Origin: Nannocystis sp.
GTDB lineage: Bacteria > Myxococcota_A > Polyangia > Nannocystales > Nannocystaceae
NCBI GenBank assembly: GCA_016712315.1
Contig: JADJRG010000022.1
Coordinates: forward strand, 866,522 to 930,521
Direction: 5' to 3'
Length of the DNA: 64,000 nucleotides
The notes beneath the pieces were generated by a model. The model worked only from the letters and a program-made list of their open reading frames with translations, had not been told where the DNA came from and searched no databases. This document shows positions 34,865 through 45,417 of the stretch, in pieces. Within the stretch, counting starts at the first letter, position 1; every line of letters starts with the position of its first letter. The position numbers and the translations under genes were made by a program.

Positions 34865-35989
34865 TCACTCGCTCGCGCTCGCAGCGACGCCCACCGCCGC
34901 GGCGACCTGCGCCCGGAGGCTCGCGAGCTCCGCCTCGATCGCCGCCACCGGCCGCTGGACGAGGCGATCGATCTCAGCCCGCGCCTTCTCCAGCTCCCAG
35001 CGCAAGGTCAGCACGGTCGCCCGCAGCAGCTCGACGCGCTCCTCCGCGCCCTCGCCGCGGGTCGCCTCCCACGCCCCTGCCGCCTGCTGCGCCGCCAACG
35101 CGGCGCGTTGCCCCTCGAGCGCCGCGATCCGCCGCTGCGCCGCGTCGAGCTGCTCGACCAACGACAGGCGCGCGGCCGCGCCTGCCTCGACCTGCGCGAG
35201 CGCCTGCGTGAGCTGAGCCCGCAGCCCCGACTGCTCACCCGACCCCTCGGCCTCGCCGCCCTCCCCCTCGACCTCCACGAGCGTGATCCCGCCAGCGAAC
35301 GGCCGCCCGATCACCGCCACGTAGGCCGCGAACGCCGGCACCTCCGCCGCCAGCGAATTATCGAACGCCAGCGCGACTGAGGCGTCTCCTTGCCCGCGGC
35401 CGTCGTCATCCCGAGCGATCTCGCCGAAGTCGACGATCCCGACCACCGGCATCGGCGCCACCCCGAAGAGCCGCGCTCGGTCAAAGCAGTGCTCCACCAG
35501 CACCTGGAAGTCGGGCGCCCGCGCCTTGTCGGCCGAGATCGACAGCACCACCGCGCGCCCGCGCGACGCCGCCTCTGCGAGCGCGTCGAGCAGCCCGATC
35601 GCCCGGCGGTCGAGGTGACGCCACACTCCCGGCAGATCGCGACGCAGCATCCGCGACGGCGCCGAGCCTTCGCCGAGGAAGCCGTCGAGGTCGACCAACG
35701 CCACCTCCCACGGCAGCTCTGTCAGGCTCGACGTCGCGGCCGAATCGATCACCTCGAGCCCGCGTTGACGACGACCCGCCGACGTCCGGCCAACCTCACC
35801 CAGCAGCCACGCCCGTCCGCGCCCGCGCTCCCCCGTCAGCGCCTGCACCATCTCCCCGAGCGCCCCATGTGTCCGCCGGGGCGTCGCCACCAGCGCCGCC
35901 AGCGCCTCGTCTACCAGCAGGCGATCGCGGCCGTCCCAGAGCTCGCGCAGGAACTCATAGCGGGCCGCCCAGCACCGATCGATCGACAT
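34865..35989 (-). CDS. hypothetical protein with C-terminal coiled coil
   Basis: 374-aa ORF. The C-terminal 120 aa are Ala/Gln/Glu/Leu heptad-like (LVEQLDAAQRRIAALEGQRAALAAQQAA). Confidence 0.5.
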   Translation of the reverse strand: MSIDRCWAARYEFLRELWDGRDRLLVDEALAALVATPRRTHGALGEMVQALTGERGRGRAWLLGEVGRTSAGRRQRGLEVIDSAATSSLTELPWEVALVDLDGFLGEGSAPSRMLRRDLPGVWRHLDRRAIGLLDALAEAASRGRAVVLSISADKARAPDFQVLVEHCFDRARLFGVAPMPVVGIVDFGEIARDDDGRGQGDASVALAFDNSLAAEVPAFAAYVAVIGRPFAGGITLVEVEGEGGEAEGSGEQSGLRAQLTQALAQVEAGAAARLSLVEQLDAAQRRIAALEGQRAALAAQQAAGAWEATRGEGAEERVELLRATVLTLRWELEKARAEIDRLVQRPVAAIEAELASLRAQVAAAVGVAASASE

Positions 35990-36082
35990 AGCCGCCCCGT
36001 CTTAGCCCGAATCCCTGACCGGGTCACCACGATCGTTGCTGCGCCCCCGCCGCGGTGATACCTTCCGCCCCCGGATTTCGCC

Positions 36083-37159
<1,077 letters not shown>

Positions 37160-37165
37160 GCGCGC

Positions 37166-38521
37166 CTAGCCGACGTAGCGCTCGAGCTTGCGGTAGAGCG
37201 TCTTGCGGTCGAAGCCCAGCACCTTCGCCGCCAGCGTCTTGTTGCCGCCCACCGCCTCCATCACCCGCGCGATGTAGCGCTGCTCCACCTCATCCATCGT
37301 CAGCAGCTCGGAGGGGTCATCGCTCGCCAGCACCACGTGCGAGCGGCTGTACGCGCGCACCTTCTCCGGCAGATCCTCGACCGCGATCTGCTCGAAGCGC
37401 GTCAGCGCGACCGCGCGCTCGATGCAGTTGCGCAGCTCTCGCACGTTCCCCGGCCACGGATACGCCAGCAGCCGCTCCGCCGCCGAGGCCTGGATCCCGA
37501 CCACGCTCTTGCCGTTCTGCGCCGCGAAGCGCTCGAGGAACGCCTGCGCGAGCAGCAGCACGTCCCCGCCGCGCGAGCGCAGCGGCGGCAGCGCGACGTG
37601 GATGACGTTGATCCGAAAGAACAGGTCCTCGCGAAAGCGCCCCTCCGCGACCGCGGTCTCGAGATCCACGTTGGTCGCGCAGATCGTCCGAATATCGATC
37701 GGGACCTCCTTGTTGCTGCCCACCGGCCGGATCACCCGCTCTTCCAGCGCCCGCAGCAGCTTCGGCTGCACCGACACCGGCAGGTCGCCGATCTCGTCCA
37801 AGAACAGCGTCCCCCCCTCGGCCTGCGTCAGCAGCCCAGGCCGCTCGGAGCGAGCGTCGGTGAACGCCCCCTTCGCGTGGCCGAAGAGCTCGCTCTCGAA
37901 GAGCCCCTCCGGGATCGCCGAACAATTCACGCCGACGAAGGGGCCGGTGCGCCGGCGCCCGCGCTCGTGCAAGGTCCGCGCGACCACCTCTTTGCCGGTC
38001 CCGGTCTCGCCCGTGATCAACATCGACGCGTCGGTCTCGGCGACGCGGTCGATCAGGTCGAAGACCTCCTGCATCGCCGGGCTCGTCCCGATCACCCCGG
38101 TGAGCGGCCGGCGAGCCGCGATCTCTTGCTTGAGCAGCTTCACCTCCTCCCGCAGCCGCCGCTCCCGCACGACCCGCTGCATACGCACCGCGGTCGCCTC
38201 GAGGTGGAGCGGTTTTTGGATGAAGTCGTACGCGTCGGCGCGGATCGCCGCGATCGCCGTCTCGAGGGTCGCGAAGGCCGTCATCACGACCACCGGCGTC
38301 TCTGGGTGATGGGTCGCGACCTGCTGGCAGAAAGCGATCCCGTCCATGCCTGGCATCTGCAAGTCCGTGAGCACCGCGTCGAAGCCGCCGCTCGCGAGCG
38401 ATCCCAGCGCCTCGCTCGCCGAGGTGCTGGTCACTGACTCGAGCCCGTGCATCCTGAAGCCTGCGGCGAGGAGCGCGCAGAAATCAGGGTCGTCGTCGAC
38501 GATGAGTACACGGCCGATCAT
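37166..38521 (-). CDS. sigma54-dependent Fis-family response regulator (NtrC-like)
   Basis: The REC domain is RVLIVDDD. The AAA+ sigma54-interaction domain has GETGTGKE and ESELFGH. There is a C-terminal Fis-type HTH. The start is ATG 38519-38521. Confidence 0.9.
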   Translation of the reverse strand: MIGRVLIVDDDPDFCALLAAGFRMHGLESVTSTSASEALGSLASGGFDAVLTDLQMPGMDGIAFCQQVATHHPETPVVVMTAFATLETAIAAIRADAYDFIQKPLHLEATAVRMQRVVRERRLREEVKLLKQEIAARRPLTGVIGTSPAMQEVFDLIDRVAETDASMLITGETGTGKEVVARTLHERGRRRTGPFVGVNCSAIPEGLFESELFGHAKGAFTDARSERPGLLTQAEGGTLFLDEIGDLPVSVQPKLLRALEERVIRPVGSNKEVPIDIRTICATNVDLETAVAEGRFREDLFFRINVIHVALPPLRSRGGDVLLLAQAFLERFAAQNGKSVVGIQASAAERLLAYPWPGNVRELRNCIERAVALTRFEQIAVEDLPEKVRAYSRSHVVLASDDPSELLTMDEVEQRYIARVMEAVGGNKTLAAKVLGFDRKTLYRKLERYVG

Positions 38522-38693
38522 CGCTGCGCGGGCATTATTAGACGAATTACCGGCCACGAGCAACGCGTCCCTCGCCGATCCCTCACCTGGCCGCCTGGCC
38601 ACCTCAAGGATCGACGCGCGGCCAAGGGCGAGATCACGCGGCGCCGAGGATTGCTCCGCCCTTCACGGCGTGGGACCCTGAGTCTTACTACTT

Positions 38694-39914
38694 ATGGACA
38701 GGTCATACGCTCACACCACCGCGCCAGGACGCGCGCTCGCTGTAGCCCTCTGCACCGCGCTCTGCGCCGCATGCCCCGGCGGCATCGGCGACGACGGCGG
38801 CGAATGGGGCGATGAAGGCTGGGGCGAAGGCGACTGGGGCGACGACGGCTGGGGCGACGACGGCGGCTACCTGCCGATCGACGGCAACCTCTACGTCCAC
38901 AACGGCACCGACGCCCAGCTCAGCGTCCGCCTGCGCCCGCTGCTCACGGACGTTGACATCGACTGCTTCGAGGTCGCCGCGGATCCGGGCCGGCTCCTCA
39001 CTGAGCCGATCTTCGGCGAGGCCACCACCTGGCTCCTGCCCCCGCAGACCAACGCGCCGGTCGCCGCGAGCCACCCCGAGCGCGCCTGCCAGGCCGCCCT
39101 CATCGAGGGTGATCGGCTCCCCTCCGCCGTGCTGTTCTGGCAGAGCGCCGACTACCCCGCCGTCACCTTCCCCGGCGATCACCCCGCCGACCTCGCCGAG
39201 CGGGGCGCAATCGTGATCACCGGCGCGCAAGATCAACCCCACACGATCGCGAGCCCCGGCGCCAAGCTCGTCTTCCTGCGCAGCAACGAGGACCCGCCGG
39301 TGCTCGACACCTGCGAGCTCCCGGGGGACACCGGCAGGATCGCCTGGAGCAGCGTCTCCGACGGCACCTACACGCTCGGCGCCGTCAGCGTCGGCCCGGA
39401 CGGCTGCGTCGGCCACGACCTCGGCGCGCCGCCGACCTGGTACCTCTGCCTGCCACCCGCGATCCTGTACCCGTTCGTCGAAGGCGATCAGATCGACGTC
39501 AGCACCCAATTCTCTGGCGACAGCGAGCTGCTCACGCTGCGGCGCCTCACCGCCGCCGATCCAGACGACACCGGCGCGCTCGAGCTCCGCGCCAGCGTCG
39601 GCGACGACGTCCTCGACCTCTTCGGCGCGACCGCCTCCTTCCTGCCCCGCTACACCTGCGACGCCGCGCCTGATCTCGTCTGCGGCAGCGTCGGCCGCCC
39701 CGGCGATCTCACCGTCCGCTTCGGCGACGGCCCCTACTTCAAGCTGCTCCTCGGCGAGGGCGCTCAAGTGGTCGACGGCGATCGCCAGCACGACCTCTTC
39801 CTCGCGCACGCCGAGCAGCGCGTCGTCATCCACGCGAGCTGCTCCGACGGCCCCGACGTGCTCGGCGCCGACCTCGAGATCGTCGCGATCCAGCGCGCTC
39901 CCGCCCTCCCCTGA
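38694..39914 (+). CDS. hypothetical lipoprotein with (GxWGD) tryptophan-acidic repeats
   Basis: Lipobox LCAACP. Repeats GEWGDEGWGEGDWGDDGWGDDGG follow the signal peptide, and the remainder is a beta-rich domain with Cys. Confidence 0.6.
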   Translation: MDRSYAHTTAPGRALAVALCTALCAACPGGIGDDGGEWGDEGWGEGDWGDDGWGDDGGYLPIDGNLYVHNGTDAQLSVRLRPLLTDVDIDCFEVAADPGRLLTEPIFGEATTWLLPPQTNAPVAASHPERACQAALIEGDRLPSAVLFWQSADYPAVTFPGDHPADLAERGAIVITGAQDQPHTIASPGAKLVFLRSNEDPPVLDTCELPGDTGRIAWSSVSDGTYTLGAVSVGPDGCVGHDLGAPPTWYLCLPPAILYPFVEGDQIDVSTQFSGDSELLTLRRLTAADPDDTGALELRASVGDDVLDLFGATASFLPRYTCDAAPDLVCGSVGRPGDLTVRFGDGPYFKLLLGEGAQVVDGDRQHDLFLAHAEQRVVIHASCSDGPDVLGADLEIVAIQRAPALP

Positions 39915-39975
39915 TCAACCTGTCCCTCAAGACATATTTTTATTCGTTAACTCTCCCCGCGAAACGGCCCTCACG

Positions 39976-41577
39976 ATGCGTATCATCGCCCCCAGCACCC
40001 TCCACCTCGCCCTCTACGGCCTGCTCGCCGCCCCGCTGACCGCCTGTAGCATCGTCGCGGGTGACCAAGCCCAAGGATCCGACGGCGGCGAATCCGCCGG
40101 CTCCGCGAGCGGCGGCGGTGACACCGGCGGCGCCAGCGGCGGCGACGGCGGCCTCAACCCGGGGGTCGGCCAAGGCGGCGCCCAGGACTTCGGCCTCTTC
40201 CGCCAGATCCTCCTCGCCGGCGAGATCCCTGGCCCTGACACCATCGACGACGTCGGCTTCTTCAACGAGCACAAGCTGCTCCTCCCCGCCGCCGACTGCG
40301 GCCACGACGTCTGCCTGCACGGCCTCTTCGGTCAGATGGGCAACATGATCACCGGCTCGAACTGCACCACCGTCTTGCTCGGCATGAACACGCCGATCGA
40401 CCCCGAGACGATCCCCCGGCGCCCGCTCAACCTCGCCCTCGCGATCGACGTCAGCGGCTCCATGCGCGGCGACCCGATCGACTACACCCGCCTCGGCCTC
40501 ACCCAGATGCTCGGCTCCTTGCTCCCTGAGGATCGGATCACCATCGTCGCCTTCAGCGAGTGGGCCGACGTCGTCGCCGACGGCCTCGCAGGCGACGATC
40601 CCGAGCTCCAGGTCGTCATCGAGCAGCTCGACGCTGACGGCGGCACCAACATCTACGACGGCCTCCGCGCCGCCTTTGAGGCCGTCGACGCCGCCGCCGA
40701 CAACGGCATGCAGAACCGCGTCATCCTCCTCTCCGACGGCGTCGCCACCGAAGGGATCACCGCCTCCGCCAAGATCCTGAACATGGCCGCCGCCTACAAC
40801 GCGGCCGGCCTCAACCTCACCACCATCGGCCTCGGCAAGGACTTCGACGTCCAGCTCATGCGCACCCTCGCCGAGGCCGGCAGCGGCGCCTTCTACTTCC
40901 TCGAGGACCCCAAGGCCGTCGCCGAGGTGTTCGTCGAGGAGGTCGAGGCCTTCCTCATCCCGCTCGCGGAGGACGCCTCGATCAATTTTGGCGTCACCGG
41001 CGACTACATCCTCCGCGGCCTCTACGGCACCAAGCTCTTCACCGCCGACGGCCAGGGCGCTGAGGTCGAGATCCCCAGCCTCCAGATCGCCCACCGCAAG
41101 GACGTCGACGACAACGACAAGGGCCGTCGCGGCGGCGGCGGCGCGATCCTCCTCGAGCTCCTACCGGCCCCAGGCGCCGGCGCCGGCGCTCAAGAGGTCG
41201 GCGACCTCCACTTCAGCTACCGCGTCCCTGCCAGCGACGTGATCATCGAGCAAGAGATCGCCGTCACCGCGCCCCTCGGCCCCGGTGAGCCTGGCACCTT
41301 CTTCGCCGACGCCAGCGTCGAGAAGAGCTTCGTCATGCTGAACATCTTCATGGGCTTCAAGATGGCCGCCCTGCGCGCGCAAGGCGGCGACGATCTCGGC
41401 GCGATCAACCTCCTCAACGCGCTCGCCGCGAACGTCCAGATCTGGCTCGAGCAGAACCCGGACGCCGACATCGAGGACGACCTCTTCTACATCGACCTCT
41501 TCCGCACCAACATCCACCAGCGCACCCCGCAAGAGCCCCAGCCGAACCCGCCGCCCGAGCCGTGGCCCTACGACTGA
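39976..41577 (+). CDS. VWA domain lipoprotein
   Basis: Lipobox LTACS. The MIDAS motif is LALAIDVSGSM, and ILLSDG is the second VWA motif. Confidence 0.8.
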   Translation: MRIIAPSTLHLALYGLLAAPLTACSIVAGDQAQGSDGGESAGSASGGGDTGGASGGDGGLNPGVGQGGAQDFGLFRQILLAGEIPGPDTIDDVGFFNEHKLLLPAADCGHDVCLHGLFGQMGNMITGSNCTTVLLGMNTPIDPETIPRRPLNLALAIDVSGSMRGDPIDYTRLGLTQMLGSLLPEDRITIVAFSEWADVVADGLAGDDPELQVVIEQLDADGGTNIYDGLRAAFEAVDAAADNGMQNRVILLSDGVATEGITASAKILNMAAAYNAAGLNLTTIGLGKDFDVQLMRTLAEAGSGAFYFLEDPKAVAEVFVEEVEAFLIPLAEDASINFGVTGDYILRGLYGTKLFTADGQGAEVEIPSLQIAHRKDVDDNDKGRRGGGGAILLELLPAPGAGAGAQEVGDLHFSYRVPASDVIIEQEIAVTAPLGPGEPGTFFADASVEKSFVMLNIFMGFKMAALRAQGGDDLGAINLLNALAANVQIWLEQNPDADIEDDLFYIDLFRTNIHQRTPQEPQPNPPPEPWPYD

Positions 41578-41598
41578 GCCGCCGCTATAGTCGCCGGG

Positions 41599-42345
41599 AT
41601 GCTCGCCCCAGCCAGCGCGACCGAGGAGGCCTACGAGCTCCACCGAGGCGGCGACGACGCCTCCCTCCTGCTCGTCTGCGAGCACGCCTCGCTGCGCCTG
41701 CCGAGCCCGTGGAGCTGGCCAGAGGAGGATCGGTGGCTGCTCGGCACCCATTGGTCCTTTGATCTGGGGGCGGCCGATCTCAGCCGCGGGCTCGCGCGCG
41801 AGATCGGCTGCGCCGCCGTGCTCAGCCGCTTCACCCGCCTGCTCATCGATCCCAACCGCGATCTCGCCGCCCCCACCCTCTTCCGAGTCGAGGCCGAGGG
41901 CCACCCGATCCACCTCAACGCCGCGATCTCCCCCGCCGATCGTGAACGTCGGATCACCGACTACTACACGCCCTACCACGATCAGATCGATCATCGCCTC
42001 CGCGCCGCGCCCGCCGCCGCGCTGCTCTCCGTCCACACCTTCACGCCCGTCTACGACGGTCACGTCCGCGCCGTCGAGATCGGCGTACTCTTCGACGAGC
42101 ACGCCGATCTCGCCCAAGTCTTCGCCCGCGAGCTCCGCCGATGCGGCTGGCGTAGCGCCCTCAACGAGCCCTATTCGGGCCAAGCCGGCTTCGCCTTCTC
42201 GCCCCAGCACCACGCCGCCAATCATCAGCGCCCGTGGCTCGAGATCGAGATCCGCCAGGACATCGCGGTCGATCTTGACCGTCGTCCGGCCCTGATCGCC
42301 GCCCTCACCGCCGCGATCAGGCGCACCTTCGCGAGCGCCGCGTAG
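41599..42345 (+). CDS. N-formylglutamate amidohydrolase (FGase) family protein
   Basis: LLLVCEHAS and the overall length of 248 aa match the FGase/HutG-like zinc amidohydrolase family. Confidence 0.7.
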   Translation: MLAPASATEEAYELHRGGDDASLLLVCEHASLRLPSPWSWPEEDRWLLGTHWSFDLGAADLSRGLAREIGCAAVLSRFTRLLIDPNRDLAAPTLFRVEAEGHPIHLNAAISPADRERRITDYYTPYHDQIDHRLRAAPAAALLSVHTFTPVYDGHVRAVEIGVLFDEHADLAQVFARELRRCGWRSALNEPYSGQAGFAFSPQHHAANHQRPWLEIEIRQDIAVDLDRRPALIAALTAAIRRTFASAA

Positions 42346-42371
42346 GCGCCGCTTTCACCGGCCCCGCCGAT

Positions 42372-42875
42372 GTGTTGGAGTGGACTCAGGAGTGGGGTGA
42401 CGGGAGTATGCAATCGCTTCGAGATACCTTGGGAGACTTCAGCAGCATCGTCTGTTTCAAGGCCGTCGTCGTCGGCGTCGAGGACACGCTCGGCGTCCAG
42501 GCCGCGGGCGTCGCGCTCAAGCGGGCGGGCCGCGAGCGAGGCAAGGCTTTGGCTGCCTCGCTCGGCCTCAGCGTCGACGCCACCACTTTGGATCAGGCCA
42601 CGGCGGCCCTGCGCGCCGCGCTCGGCCCCGAGGGCACGCGCCTCTGCATCGTCGAGTCGATCGAGGAGCGGGGCGACTCGCTCATCGTTCGGCTCAGCGA
42701 GACCATCTGCTCCGCGGGTGAAGCGCAGGGATCACCACGCGAGCTCACCTTCACCATGGGCGCCATCCACGGCGCCGTCGAGGTGCTCACCGGCAGGCGC
42801 CTACGCGCCAAACAGATCGAGTCGGTGCTCCGCGGCGGCGCCCACGACGTGATCGAGCTGATCAGCCTCCTCTGA
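42372..42875 (+). CDS. hypothetical protein, possibly V4R-domain-like
   Basis: About 155-167 aa, with spaced Cys/Gly reminiscent of V4R small-molecule-binding domains. The assignment is weak. Confidence 0.45.
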   Translation: MLEWTQEWGDGSMQSLRDTLGDFSSIVCFKAVVVGVEDTLGVQAAGVALKRAGRERGKALAASLGLSVDATTLDQATAALRAALGPEGTRLCIVESIEERGDSLIVRLSETICSAGEAQGSPRELTFTMGAIHGAVEVLTGRRLRAKQIESVLRGGAHDVIELISLL

Positions 42876-42899
42876 GCTCCGACCGATCTCATGAAGCCC

Positions 42900-43517
42900 T
42901 CAGTAGGGCCGCTCGTGGAACCACAGGTTAAACGCCCACTTCTCGCCGCGCGCGGGGGCGCAGCCTTGGTGATACGTCCGCGGATCGCAGCGCGTCGTCC
43001 CGGGAAAGCAGTTATAAAAAACTAGGAGCCTGCCTCGGCGCGGCCGCACCGCCACACCGAGGCGCGGGAACGCGGTCTCCCCCCCTTGCTCGACCTCACT
43101 CAGGTACGCCAACGCGGTCACCAGCCGTTGCCCGCCGCGCGCGCAGTACAGCCGCCCCTTCTCCGTCGACAGATCATAGGCGTCGAAGTGTGGCCTGTAC
43201 TCTTGGCCAGCCGCGTAGTGGATCACCTGCAGCGGCTCTGCGTGGCCGAGCGGCAGCCCGATCGCCCCCGCGATCCGTGAACAAGCCGCCAGCACCCCCG
43301 CGTCGTGCGAGTGCTTCACCCACGAACGCGAGCTCGTGCGCCCCCCGCTCACCACCCCACGCGCCGCCCCGCTCACCTGCGATCGCCCGAGCGTGGGCGC
43401 CGCCGCCGCGATCACGCGCGCACACTCATCCGCCGACAAAAAATCGTCCCAGCGATGGATCAGCGGCTCCTCGTTCAGTCGGACGCCTCCGTCGAAGTCG
43501 CGGCGCAGCTCCATCAT
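42900..43517 (-). CDS. 2OG-Fe(II) oxygenase, prolyl-4-hydroxylase-like
   Basis: HFDAYD matches the His-x-Asp iron-binding motif, and the downstream His and RLLVFYN resemble the P4Hc/2OG-FeII_Oxy fold. Confidence 0.75.
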   Translation of the reverse strand: MMELRRDFDGGVRLNEEPLIHRWDDFLSADECARVIAAAAPTLGRSQVSGAARGVVSGGRTSSRSWVKHSHDAGVLAACSRIAGAIGLPLGHAEPLQVIHYAAGQEYRPHFDAYDLSTEKGRLYCARGGQRLVTALAYLSEVEQGGETAFPRLGVAVRPRRGRLLVFYNCFPGTTRCDPRTYHQGCAPARGEKWAFNLWFHERPY

Positions 43518-43641
43518 CGATCACGCCCACCAACGCGTGGAGATCGAGCATAGGTCCCTCGCACCGCCCCTCGCAAGGCCCACACGTCACGAGCGACGAG
43601 ACTTCGCCCCATCGCAGCCTCACCCCGCTATCTTCCTCGCC

Positions 43642-45390
43642 GTGACTGAGCGCTCCCTCGCCGCGTTCCTCCGCTGGACCGATCATCTCCCGCGGCTGCG
43701 AGGCGCCCCAGGGCTCGCGCTCGAAGCACGCCTCGCCCTCTGGCGGCGAGCCGCCCGTGAGATCGCCGCCCGCACCGCCCTCGCCCTCGCCCGCGAGGGT
43801 CACCTCGCCGCGCAGCTCGAAGGCGCCTCGCTGCGCCTCGATCTACGCCGAGGTCACCTCACCTTGCCCCTCCTGCGCCGGGGCCAGCTCGGCCTGCACA
43901 CCGCCGATCTCGACGCCCCCCGCGAACCCGCCCTCGATCACCCAGACGCCCTCATCACCAGCCTCACCGAGGATCTCCGCCTCGACCCAGCCACCCACGC
44001 CCGCCTCGCCTTCGAGCTCCGCGACTCCGCCTTCAACCTCGCCCTCATCCACCACAGCGCGGCGCTTCGCGAGCAAGCGCGTAGCAGCGCCCCCTGCCGC
44101 TCGCTCGATCCAGAGGGCCTCGTGATCAGCGGCCACCCATGGCACCCCATGACCCGAGCGCGCCTCGGCCTGCGCGCCGCCGAAGTGCTCCGCCACGCCC
44201 CCGAGCACCTCGCCTGCGGCGACCTCAACTTCCTCGACGTGCAGACCGACCACCTCAACGTTAGTGGCGACGCCCTCTCCATCCTCCACGTTCTCGCCCC
44301 CCCCGCACCGCCTGGTTTTATCCGCCTCCCGGTCCATCCGGCCCAGCTCAAGCGCCTACGTCGCCGCTTCGCCGCCCTCTGGGGCCACGTGATCAAGGAA
44401 GCCTCGATCCGTCCGCTCCCCGCCAGAGCCCTGCTCAGCCTGCGCACCGTCGAGATCGCCGACCCCGCGCGCCCCTACCACATCAAGCTCGCCCTCGACG
44501 TCGTCACCACCAGCGCGCGCCGCACCGTCTCACCGATGAGCGTCGCCAACGGTCCCCCCCTCACCGCGCTCCTCCAGCGGATCCAAGCGCGAGATCACCA
44601 CACCCGGCCCCTCGTGATCCAGGGGGATCGAGGCGGCGCCGGCCTCAGCGGGGCTCGCTACGGCGAAGACGCCGCGCACCTAGGCGTCATCCTCCGAGGC
44701 GACCCGAGGCCCATCGCCCGCGCCCTCGCCCCCGCCGATCACCGAGGCGCACCCGTCGATCTCTGGGTCTGCGCCGCCCTCGGCGAGCGCTCGCCGGGCG
44801 CCACCAGCACCTTTTTGCAGCAGCTCGCCGCCGGCCTCGATCCGCGCCGCTTCCTCCGGCGCTACCTCGATCTACTGCTCCCCCCTGCGCTCCGCCTGCT
44901 CACCGCCCACGGCGTCGCCCTCGAGGCCCACCTCCAGAACACCGTCGCCGTACGCGTCGGCGGCCAGCTCGTCGGCTTCCTCATCCGCGACCTCGGCGGC
45001 CTCCGCGTCGATCGCGCGCGCCTCGCCCGCGCTGGTCATCACATGTCCTTCGCGCCAGGTTCATTCATCGTCACCGACGATCACCTCGAGGTCCGCGACA
45101 AGCTCGTACACGCGCTCTTTCACGCCCACCTCGCCGAGCTCTTCCGCTGGGTCGAGCGCGACCTCGGCGTCGACGCCGCCGAGTCGTGGTCGCTCGCTCG
45201 TCGCCTCGTCGATCGCCTCTACTCCGAGTGGCGCCGCGAACCTGCGCTCACCGCCGCCTGCGACGACGATCACGCCGCCCTGATCGCCCCCGTCGTCCGC
45301 GCCAAGGCGCTCCTCACCATGAGGATCACCGATCGGAGCAGCGACTACAGCTACATCCGCGTCGACAACCCCCTCGCCGGCGCGCGCTGA
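43642..45390 (+). CDS. IucA/IucC-family NRPS-independent siderophore (NIS) synthetase
   Basis: Family motifs are ISGHPWHPMTRARLGL (GHPxHP region) and KLALDVVTTSARRTVSPMSVANGPPLT, plus a C-terminal FhuF-like region. A GTG start at 43642 was chosen, because the upstream part of ORF 43336.. overlaps the divergent oxygenase gene and looks non-coding. Confidence 0.8.
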   Translation: MTERSLAAFLRWTDHLPRLRGAPGLALEARLALWRRAAREIAARTALALAREGHLAAQLEGASLRLDLRRGHLTLPLLRRGQLGLHTADLDAPREPALDHPDALITSLTEDLRLDPATHARLAFELRDSAFNLALIHHSAALREQARSSAPCRSLDPEGLVISGHPWHPMTRARLGLRAAEVLRHAPEHLACGDLNFLDVQTDHLNVSGDALSILHVLAPPAPPGFIRLPVHPAQLKRLRRRFAALWGHVIKEASIRPLPARALLSLRTVEIADPARPYHIKLALDVVTTSARRTVSPMSVANGPPLTALLQRIQARDHHTRPLVIQGDRGGAGLSGARYGEDAAHLGVILRGDPRPIARALAPADHRGAPVDLWVCAALGERSPGATSTFLQQLAAGLDPRRFLRRYLDLLLPPALRLLTAHGVALEAHLQNTVAVRVGGQLVGFLIRDLGGLRVDRARLARAGHHMSFAPGSFIVTDDHLEVRDKLVHALFHAHLAELFRWVERDLGVDAAESWSLARRLVDRLYSEWRREPALTAACDDDHAALIAPVVRAKALLTMRITDRSSDYSYIRVDNPLAGAR

Positions 45391-45417
45391 TCGTCAGCTA
45401 CACTGCCCGGAGTTCTT

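Noticed and set aside
43336-43641. Upstream 102 codons of the ORF containing the IucA/IucC gene
   Set aside because: This part overlaps the divergent 2OG-oxygenase gene (which ends at 43517) and translates to Pro/Arg/Ser-rich junk. A GTG at 43642 gives a sensible N-terminus.
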